A stretch of DNA of 64,000 nucleotides. Origin: Ramazzottius varieornatus. Its lineage: Eukaryota; Animalia; Tardigrada. The notes under the pieces are model-generated. The model was not told where the DNA came from. It did not search any database and saw only the letters and a list, made by a program, of their open reading frames with translations. Location of the stretch: NCBI GenBank assembly GCA_001949185.1, contig BDGG01000001.1, positions 3,489,324 through 3,553,323 of the forward strand. The letters are read 5' to 3'. Each line of letters begins with the position of its first letter. Position 1 is the first letter of the stretch. The translations under genes were made by a program, and so were the position numbers. Below, piece after piece: positions 44,902-58,700 of this stretch.

Positions 44902-45661
44902 ACTTGCGAGGGGCGGAAATCCGCCAACATTGGCTAATCAGGCAAACTTCACGGACAGCAGAGCATACGGCGATAGCTTCCACTACCGGAAATACGGTTG
45001 AGAACACTTTATCGCGGGATCATCCAGATATGCTCTGAAAAATGCCAGTGGAAGTTACCACGTACAGGAACAGCTGATGTGAAGGCTGCCCGTGGAAACT
45101 GAAAACACAGCTGACATAGTTATGCAGTTGACTCAGCAATTATGTAACTTGAGAAGTGCGCACTAACTGCACTTCAACCGTGTATGAGATGTTGTCGGTG
45201 ATGTCCATAGTAAAATTTTGTTCCCGAAAATATTGACGTAGGAATGGGGCCGGGATTCTTTCTGAAGTTCTTGTATCCATCCGTGAACAAGAAAGAGGTT
45301 CGTAGCGTTTTTGTAATTTGAATCTTGAAGGTCGCAAGTTTGGTGAACCTTCACTTCCTTGTCCGTCGAACACGAACAGCTGGTGGCAAGCCATGCCATG
45401 TTCGCGCTAACGCCGTCTACCGAAGGGCTGGACTAGCTAAACCAGCCAATCAGGAGACTACACATCAGGTCCATGTTTGTGTAATTTCCCACATTCGTTT
45501 TTCCAGCATTTTCGATCACTGCATGGTTACTCAAAGTTGTTCGTTTAGCCATCTTTGGCTGGGTCCATAATGCGATTGATATCCTCTCTCGTTTCATCCT
45601 GGGTTCTAACAGAAGTTGGATAGAAGCCTTGGGATCATAGTTACCGTGTGAAGCATCGAGA
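44902..45661. promoter_or_regulatory. Shared divergent upstream region of GALT and XBP1
   Basis: The ATGs are head-to-head, 760 bp apart. GC box near 44910, CCAAT boxes near 44930 (-) and 45445 (+), and ACGT cores at 45058-45063 and 45234-45239. Confidence 0.5.
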
Positions 45662-46938
45662 ATGGTGGGTAGGGTGACCATCAAGAAGGAGCCAGTCAAG
45701 GTTATGGCACGACGCGTGGACGGTCATGAGTCCAGTCCCTGTCCTTCTACAGCATCCGAGCACTCTATGTCGTCCTCAGGAGAGAAGCGGAAGGTTCCGA
45801 TGGACGACCTCTTCCCTGGGGACAGAGACAAACGAAGGTGAGTGTAGGACGAAACCATTCAGTGCTGTCTACAAGGTCTCTGTGCACGTCATCGTCTTTT
45901 AGGAAACTTATGAATCGTGTCGCAGCCCAGCAGAGTCGCGATCGGAAGAAACAGCACTTGGATGAGCTCGAAGCTGAAGTCAAACGATTGAGATCAGAGG
46001 TGAGCATAAGGCAACTTGATAAGTTTATCTGTTCATGCAATATCAACTTTACAGTATTTTCTTGTTGAATTTTCCAGAATGTGACCCTGTTATCAAAGAA
46101 CTCCACCATTATCAAAGAGAAGGAAGACCTACGAGTGGAAAACGAGAACTTGAAGAAGCAGTTAGCAGTGTTGTCGGAGAAGAAAGATGCTCCAGCCCTG
46201 AATTCGACAACAGCGGGAGAGGAGAAGGTGTCAGCATCCGAGATCAGTTCCAGCGTGGCTTTTGAATCAGCAGCATTCATTAGTGGGCCTCTGCAGCAGG
46301 AACAAGTCACAATGAGACTGATCTTTTTGCTGATGCAATTCCTCCAAATTCACCCAACCACCTCCTTACAGATGACTTCTTCAATATTCTCGAAGAAATT
46401 TGGATGGACATCAGTGCAGGTACGCAGTGTGACCTACTCAGTTGATTGAGTGTGACTTGATTGGCGGTGAAAAGCAACAAATGGATTGATTGCGAGGAAC
46501 TTGATTCATAGAAGTGGGTCCTTGCTCACTAATATTTTCTTGGTTTCAGGAGCTCATCAAGAACCATATAGCGCTGAACCAGCAAGTCAAGAAGGAATTC
46601 GGGTCCTCCTTCCCGATAACAGAACGCTGGAGAAACAGACGGCGGAGCAGTTGGACTCCCTTAAAGAATTCCTGCAGTGGGAAGCCGTTGATAGCAGTAC
46701 CTCCTCCAGCATGCTAGACAGTACTATGGTCTCAGTCCCTTCGCCCATCATTACTATTCCTGAAATCTATCCCTCATCCCCTAGTTCTTCTGTTTGTTCA
46801 GAGTCACAATTTTCTCCTTGTTCACTAACTCCCATGTCCAGTGATGCTTGTTCGGCTTCAGAGGACTTCCTTCTCGAAGATGCAATGTTGGGCGTAGATG
46901 TTGATCATCTTCTTCGCACTTTCATTAGTGTCGCATAA
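45662..46938 (+). CDS. XBP1: X-box binding protein 1 (bZIP). Exons 45662-45837, 45903-45999, 46078-46419, 46550-46938. The unspliced form ends at 46717.
   Basis: Basic region RRKLMNRVAAQQSRDRKK plus leucine zipper, FESAA motif, and two CNGCAGC stem-loops that define a 23-nt frameshifting intron. Confidence 0.95.
46271..46293 (+). other. IRE1-excised unconventional intron (23 nt)
   Basis: 5' hairpin tgaat-CAG^CAGC-attca (46263-46279) and 3' hairpin cct-CTG^CAGC-agg (46288-46300). Removal shifts the frame into the acidic Ser-rich ORF ending at 46938. Confidence 0.92.
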
Positions 46939-47061
46939 CTTTACTTACTGTACTGCACATCGTTTTGTTTTAAGTTATAGCATACTCATGTTTTGTATTA
47001 AATATCAGCTACTCTAGAGCACCTTCCGTACTTAAAAGACAGTATTTCCGGTGTATCGGTT

Positions 47062-48244
47062 TCATCGTAACTGTTCAACTTCCATTTCCCAACGGGCAGC
47101 TCGAGGGCGTGCTTTTTCGGTATGCTTGGGAAATCTTTTGATCAAGCTGAGCTGATCGTCAGCCTGAAAACGAACGACCGTAAGCAAGCCAGTGAAGCCT
47201 GAAGCTTCGTGAGAGAAATACTATACAAAAGTCGTAGTGAAACCGGTGTAACTGACGAACCGCTTTCTTGCAAATCTCTTTTGCGTTCGCCACAGACTCT
47301 TGGTTCTTCTGTTCTCGAAGTTCCTGTTTCTTCCGAATGACGACTGCTACTATTTTGTTCCTCTTGTCGATTTTCTGAGCATATTCGAGAATACGGCCCT
47401 GCTTTTTGGCCATGTTGACCAGCTGCCGGACACGGTCTTGACTAATGGATACCCCGTGATGCTGCATCTGGCGCACGCGTTCGCCAACACTGAGCTTCAA
47501 TTTCTTCTTCCTTGATATGCCATTCAACGAATCTTTAGAATGGCTGAGCATGAAAGCACGAAAAACCAGCGGCTGTTTCATAGATGAAGGTCTTACGGGG
47601 TTGTCGGTTACTTTACTGGTCTCTTTTCTCGAAGTCGAGATCGGATCCTTTGGCTGTTGGTTTTTGACAGTATCATATCGGTTGGCGCTCAGGATACGGT
47701 CGAGCTGGTTAATTCAACAAACCCAAGTAATCATCACGTGAATACAAGCACCGAACCGATGCTCGTTTTGCCTAAACGTACAGCGTACTTTCTGCTCTCC
47801 TGCGTTGACGTCCGATTTCCTCACTGCGAGGGAGGATACAGATGGAAGCGTAGATTGCTTGGGAGGTCGAAGGTTATGGGAGACATTCGTGGTACGCGGA
47901 GCTTGTTGGACGTTCTTCTGCACTGGATAGACGAAACGGGAAGGATCGAACTTAGCATTCAGTGAAGGGTCTTCTTCATCGGCTGAGTCATGCGGTACTC
48001 TCTGGTTCGCCAATCGACCGTGACAATCATAAAGCGGAGGCCTGGGCTTGAGTTTTCGATAAAACGGCCAGAATTGTCCATCGTTTACTTTAAATGGGAC
48101 AGCAGCAATCGTATCGACGATAACTGGAACAGAATTGTCCTTGGGTTGAACGCTAGCCGTGCTTCCGGGTTCGCTTACAAGCTGACTACTGTCCTTGTTC
48201 CGACTAGCATATTGCGATGTTTGGTCTTCATCTTTGGGATTCAT
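47062..48244 (-). CDS. Hypothetical basic protein with a coiled-coil-like C-terminus, multi-exon
   Basis: ORFs 48244-47714 and 47581-47159 are linked by plausible GT-AG introns, with a final exon ADDQLSLIKRFPKH...EVEQLR*. Contains NLS-like RKKKLK. No recognised domain. Confidence 0.55.
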
Positions 48245-48815
48245 CTCGCACGGTTAACCAAGAGGTACTCTTCCTTCATCCGGAAGTCAAACGTTCCCGC
48301 GCCCCGGCAACAGGTATTGAGCAAACGAAGAGAAGGCATAGCTTGTATCAGCGACGCATCCCATGTGCAATATACCGTATTCTAAATAGCAGAGCGTACA
48401 TACTGTAGATCTGACAGAAGTGTCGGATGGCTGGACGCGTACATTAGTACTGCTTCCGCTTCCGCTTGAAACCGGTCTGCTGTCACCGCTCTTGCCAACT
48501 GACGATCAGATTTCGGGTCCTGGTTCACGCTTTTCGGAATCTGTCTTGCACGGTACCTTTAATCACTACGCATTAGCCACAAGTGCAATCGTTCTTACAG
48601 GAAACTAGACGTCGTCCCTCGTTGACCCATCGGCCTGGATAAAGAAACAAAATTTAATGGTGAAGCGTTCATCGCATTTCTTTATACACGTGATTAGATT
48701 AACGCAATATGGACGACTGCATGTTGAACAGTTTTAGCAGTAAAACAAAAAGAATCATGATAAAAAAAGATCTACCGTACTTTCTTTGGCAGAGTTACCG
48801 TGAGCAAACACAAAA

Positions 48816-52349
<3,534 letters not shown>

Positions 52350-53750
52350 GGTAGCGTCATCAACGACAGCTGATCTAAAAAGACAACATGGTAGCCGGGT
52401 ACCGAAAGACAGTTCTACCGTGCGCTTCCGGTCTATGCTGATAGGCTTACCTCAGGTCTGGATCGTCCGTTGTGCTACCCAAGCTGTTCGCGCAACATCT
52501 TGCCAACAAGCTTCAGAGTGTCGATTTCTCTTCGGAAGACCCTTCTGTGAAAGGCTTAAACGACGGGATAGCTAAGGAGCGAAGATGGACAATGAGGACA
52601 TCATAAAATTTATCGTAACAGTGGGAGGCCCCACTGGCCACTGCCAGTCTAACCGCTGGAAGTTCGCATCAGTTCCAGCATTGTTTACGTTTAATCAACC
52701 CACTGATTAAATCAACTCCATGTTCGGCTAATGAGCGGTGAGGGGCGAATTTGCTTTTGTTTCAGAACTCTTCCCATTTTGCTCTTCCCATTACGGCGAA
52801 AAATTACAATCCCCCTGTACTTCTCACAGATCCTGCACGCCTGATGGGTATCCGGACAGGTGTCCACGGCTAGCGATCATGGTACGTGCAACGCGCGGTA
52901 ATAGAACGCTCTGTAGTCATTACGCTTTCGGTACTGTGTGCCAGTGTTATGCGCTTATCGCACGCTCGCTGTTCTGCTCTTAGGGGTGTGTGCCAGTGGG
53001 AGTTACGAGTGAAGGATTGAGACGAGCTGTGGACAAAGTGTGGTGCTGGAGACACAGAGAGTTTGGTCATTCCTAACTGGCCATGTCTCAGTGTGCTACA
53101 TAATCAAATTCTATCTTACTCTACCAATCCGCCGGAACTCATCGCGCTGGGCCAGGATCGCCCCATGAGGTTGCGGCGAGCAGAAGTTCCGAAAGATCCA
53201 AGCCGATCCACACTCTTGAGCAACGAAACATTTGGGCGTAGTATATGGGATATGAACTGTCGCTGTGCATCTTCCTGCCCACTTTGACTAACGCATAAAT
53301 AATTTGTTTTTGTGATATTAATTATGAAGAGCCACTTTCGTGGATTCCCGTCTCACTTCTACACCTAACGTCTTTTTCAGATGGACAGCGTTCTAAAGAG
53401 TAGGTAATGCTGCCGAGCGAAAGACGACATGGTAAGGTCTGTGAGCAAATCGAAGACTGGGTTCTTGCGGATCGGATCGGATCGGATCAGTGGATTGTCC
53501 AAGTGGGATTGTTTAACTTGGCACAACTTTGAATAGCACAATGGTCAAGTCCGCCGTGGATATTCTCGCTGTTCTCACTGGCACTTGACCAAACGAGCCA
53601 GTGTAAGCCAATTTACTCGATCGAAACTACAGCGAGAGGCTCAGATAGCTAACCAGAAAACGTCTACAAACCCATGAGGAACAAAACCGTTTTTCTCTTG
53701 CAAAAAACAACGATAACAATAAGAATTCAACGACCAGTTTCACCGAGGTT

Positions 53751-55758
53751 TTACGCGGTGATCTGGTTGGAGGCTTGGGGTTCTTTCTGAGAAGCTTGGC
53801 GGCTTGAGTCATAGTCGTAGTAGTAGTCGGCATCACTATAACCGTCTTCCCCGTAGTACCAGTTGATCCAGTCGTCGTCGTTCCAATAATAATCGTAGTC
53901 GCCGTGGTCGTTGGAGTAGTCGTCAAGAAAGGAATCATCATACCAGTACTCATCTCCCCAATGGTTGCTTCCGCTTCCCCACCACCAGTCATCGTCAGTT
54001 GAGTTATCATCATAGTAACTATCATACCCAGAGTCCATATCCCCATTGCTAGAGTCCTGTCTGCTAATCTTCTTACGATGCTGCCTGTCCATTTTCTTAT
54101 GCTTCTTGTTCTTATGACGAGCTTCTTCCATGTCTTCTTCATACTGTCTTTTAGGACTGGACTTCATACCAATCGAGGACTTGGTATCGTCGACCACGGA
54201 AGAGGCCTTGTTCTTGATCGAGCTTGAGAGACCGGCGGAAGGCGAGGCACCGGTAAATTTTTGGCTGGGGCTGTCAGTTCTCATGGGAGGCGGATTAGGG
54301 ACCATCTTGTTGTCCAAGGAAAGTTGCTGGCTTCCTCCGGAAGTGGGCCTCGAAGCAGAGCTGGAATCTCCGGTGTGGGTGAGGTCGTTCAAGCCCGACT
54401 GGAGGTTTTTCAGGCCGGCACGGATCTTTTCATATGCGGCATTCTTTTCCTTATCGCTCATAGGCTTCTTGGGTTGGATCGAGTTGGAAGTATCGTCAGC
54501 ATCTCCCATAAGTTCGAGGAGAATCTGGCCGGTGTTTTTGCCCTTGAGGCTAGAGAGGAACTTGCTGGCAGCGGGGAAACGCTTGGCTAAGCGCTCAGCG
54601 ACAGCGCTTATACCTTTCGTCTGGTACAGCTGGCCCAGCTCCGCGATCAGGGTCTGGTTCTTGATAATTTCCTTGAAGAGCCCTTGCTTACCTGTGTGAT
54701 ATTGTTAATTTCACTCTGGATGTTCCAAAATCTTGAGATATCAAATTTCCAAGTCATTTTTTGCCAGTAGGAACTGCGTCAAAAATGTTTCAGTTTGTCT
54801 CGAATTTCTTAAAACTATTTTTTGTGAATATTTGCTGGAAATTTTTCCAACGTAAAACATGGCGTTCCTGTCCTGATAAACCCAAGGCCAGTTTAGCTCG
54901 ATCCCACACAGAAACATATTTGCAACCTGATGGCACCCGTTCATTTCAAGGTCGTTTACCTGGATTGCGAATCTTAGACGGTTGTTTGTTGGGCGCGGAG
55001 CCTGGGCGGCTAGTTGTCAAGGGAGCGGTCTTTTTGGTCGTGGTCATCATTGGAGTTGTGGGTCGCTCCGTGGTGCGAGTTGTGGGTCGCTCCGTCGTAC
55101 GCTTTGTGGTGCGTGGCGTTGTAGTTCGTTCTGTGGTCCGTTCCGTTGTCCGCGTTGTTGTCTGGACCGTAGTGTGATCCGTGGTACGATCTGTGCTGCG
55201 AGATGGGTAGGTAGTGGGGTTTGTCTGTTGTGGCGTAGTCTGAACCACTGTAGACTTGCTGATAGTACTGACAGGTCCAGCGGGCATTGGAGGAACTCCC
55301 GGTGGTAATGAAGCTGCACCCGGAGGTGGCGGTCCTGGTCTAAGCGAGGAAGGACCGTTCGCAGAACCAGAGATGGGAACATACGTCGAGGGGAATGGTG
55401 TTGCCACTCCTGGTTGAACTCCACCTGTAGATCTAGGTGAAATGTTGATTGAAGGAGGCGGCACGGGCGTAGTTGCGGCTCCCGGCTGTACGGATCCAGC
55501 TTGAGGCACGGAAGAACCGTTTCCGGAAGCGGAAGTAGCCTGACTATTGTTGGCAGCTGTGTTGTTGTTCACGAATGGCGATAATATCGCATTCTTAGTG
55601 TCGTTAACGAACCTCTTGGCTGTTTCTGGCAGAGATGATCCAGACGAGTTTCCGACAGGTAGTCTTTGAGTTGTTGATTGAGCATGGACAGAATGGGCCA
55701 CCAGGGCAAGGCACACCACTGCAACATTGCAGCGGTAAACGAGGGAATACATCATCAT
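53751..55758 (-). CDS. Orphan secreted low-complexity protein, 579 aa, 2 exons (55758-54960, 54691-53751)
   Basis: 1740 nt in frame across a GT-AG intron. Signal peptide, P/S/G-rich region, TTERPTT mucin-like repeats, a helical segment, a K/H/R-rich patch and a D/Y/W-rich tail. Confidence 0.85.
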
Positions 55759-58700
55759 TTCAGGGCTGCAGTTGAATACGCGGTTTTGGTGAATTTAGTA
55801 TGACTCTAAATTTTAATGCGTCTGCTCGATGTTGAAAGCGGGTAAAAAAATGCGAAGAATTTGACCTCAAGATTATTGCTAAAGAATTTCCATGGTAATG
55901 TCGAGCAACGGAAGGGAAGGTCACTCTTTAAAAACAAAGGCGACTCGCTGTTGGTCCTCGATCTGTCCAAAGAATGCTGTGAAATCCTGACAATATAACT
56001 GCATCTATCTCACAAAGTGACGTAAGCGAAAGGAACGAACAACATTCAGTCTCCGAAGGATTTTTGGGAAAGCTCCTGCTTACTTTAGTTTGATACTCTC
56101 GGGATTACACTTTTCCCACAGCTGAACTTGTGACATAATCGTGCTGTATGTGTGTTACTCGCTCGTGCCCTCAGGTTCTTCGGTTCTCCGCGATCTGCGT
56201 AGCTTTCTTTTATGGTGAATTAAGGATTCGTTTGATTCCAGTTAAGCATGGGAATTGAGCGAACCCTGATGCCAGATTTGAACGTCCTGCTCAGCAGGCG
56301 ATTTTCAATCAATAGAATCTTCATCGCATTTAGCATATTTTGCAAAGTCGCTCAAGGCTGTCAGGATTGGCTGTCTGACCTCGTTGGGGTGTGACCAGCA
56401 TGGGAAACACGTCTACTGTACCACAAAGCTAGAATATTTCTGTGGGTGGGTAGGATCTAATTCATGCCGGAGCGGTGACTAGAATCCTTCCAAATGAATG
56501 GCATAATGATGCTCGGAGGAGCTGTCAGGGCCGTTCCGTACAGTAGGGGGCCTTGTGTAATATCTGGACCGGTGCATGGAAGCCGCGTACAACCGGCGTA
56601 TACGATGATGTCGAGTACTCGTGGTGTGTAAAGTGAATGAAGCGGCGGAGCAGAGCTAGCCAGGGTTAGTCGATCAATCGCTTTAGAGTCCTTCCTTGGC
56701 TTCCATCTCTCGCCGATACGATCCATTCATCCCGCGTCTCCCTATCCAGATTCCTGACAGGCTTGTCCAAGTCAGTCAAGCGTTCTGAGAGGCAATTTCT
56801 CATACGCGTATCCTTCGTCGCCTTCAGGTGATCGAGTAATCCTCGGGAACTCTCGTCATCTTGTCGTGGGTTTCTTCCTGCTGTCTCTTCGTTGATGTGG
56901 GTTGAGCCCACGCGTGATTCTTAGTGTTTTCTTCTCGGAAATTTTTGTGTTGGACTTTGACGTATCTGCGTTGGAAGGCCGCCGGCGAAAGTACGGCATA
57001 ATGGAGCGGTGGATTACACACGGAATATCCGGTGCACTTTGCTTCTTCCTTCCGTTAATTTGCCTTTCATTAGGTGAGTCGACTTTGTGGTTAGGCTTTA
57101 GAAGGAATATGATGGGTAGGAGTTTGTGTATATTTGGATGCGGGGCAGTCATGATGTTTGTTTGGTCTTTTTATAAATATGCGCCGGTGGGGGAGAGATG
57201 CTGTGAGAAAAAATGTGATATGCACTTGAAAATGGCGCGGCGCGGAGGCCTTTGAATGTGGGAAAGAGTCTAAAAGTAGGCATGAGGCTCAAGTGCTCTG
57301 TGGTTTTCCTATAGTTGTGGCAAGCAGCAGTAAAGAGGTTGAAGTTTGCACTATTGTGTGTATTTTAAAACAGCAGCGTGTTGCAGACAAAGTGTGGCAA
57401 GCAAGCATTAACGGTGGGCTAAAATGTCCCCCGAAAGAAGTCAACTGACCGGTTACATTTTTGTTGAGGGGTGGTTTTCCATATGTACCCTTCTTATCAA
57501 CTCTGCACCTCCATTGCGACCTCTTTGCGTCACATAATGCCATTTTCTATGACCAAAAGCAGAATGGACAATGTGGGACGGTGTTATTTACTCTGTACTC
57601 CCAATGTCATATCGGAATAATAAGACCAGAATGGACGCATAATGTAATTTGGAACGTTGCGTGTGAGAAAGTGTGCGTGAGTGGACATGGGTGGACATTT
57701 CGCCCTTTTCATACATTGCATATTGGAATATTTTAGTAGAAGATAACATATTCCGTCGACCTCCAAAATTTTTCAGACATTGTGTCAATTAGCCCTAATG
57801 GCTGATTTCCATTTCCGAAATTCGTTCTTAAAGATGCGTTATCGGTCAGACTAGATTCTATGGTGATTTGTCCAGCAAATGATGATGGGTCCTTAATAGC
57901 GCAGTTTTTACAGACAATATTCTCTTGACTTTGCGTAGTTCCTTGCTGTGTAAATCGTTTTCACGAAATTACTCATCGATCTGCGCCACACTGTGTTGTC
58001 ACTCCAAGAAACGCTCGGGCGGCGTCGATACAGATAATGACGGGATAGCAAAAAATAAGGAAGGACAAGAGGCGCAGCGAAGCTTAGTTAAGGCTCTGGA
58101 TGGGTCTTACGTAAGTCTCATTGCTAACTTTCGAGCTTTTTGTAATAACATTCCGCCGTGTGGGAGCATCGATCCTGATGCTTGGTTCGTCGCATTCCGC
58201 GTTTCCGGTTTCCGCTTTCTTTCGCGCGAAGTCCTCCGTTATCTTAAGCCGCGCCCTGGTAGTTTTTATCCAGCTCGGTTTCTGTCTACATCTACAGAGG
58301 CTAGAAATTTGGATGAAGGGTTCTTTGTACTTCCATTAATGACATCCATATCATCGCAGTATAAAGCGTTTTGTACCAGAGGACAAAAAGTTGGATATAT
58401 GGCAGTAATGGACTCAGGGTTCAACGAGACCGGAACCGTCCATTCTTTCTATACGTACAGGGGAAGTGGGCAAATGAATGGAGCCAGAATGTTTTACTAA
58501 GTGGCGCACTCTCTGGGTTGTTATTAATGTAAAGGTGCGCCACTTGAGATGGAGGGGTAGTTCAGTTCGCTTGCCTACCTCTCAAAGAATGTAGATCCAG
58601 CAGATGAGGAAGAAGTAAAGACACTCGGAAACTTTTGACAGACAAAAATTCGACATCAAGTTTTATCTTGGGTGTTCATTTGTAGGTCCGAACGTTAACG

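Noticed and set aside
45440-45465. ERSE in the XBP1 promoter
   Set aside because: CCAAT is present, but N9 is followed by ACACA, not CCACG.
45765-46310. Antisense ORFs over XBP1 (and similar ones at 37315-38028, 54130-54699 and 53627-54142)
   Set aside because: These are shadow or alternative frames of real coding exons.
47062-48634. Orphan ORFs as the POLQ linker or polymerase continuation
   Set aside because: There is an in-frame stop at 48254-48256 just upstream of the orphan ATG, stops in all phases after the 48634 acceptor, and no polymerase motifs.
56457-57255. Overlapping short ORFs as a decayed transposase or retroelement
   Set aside because: No recognisable DDE, RT or endonuclease motif.
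57925-58500. 191-aa ORF
   Set aside because: TTG start, no domain, no splice support.
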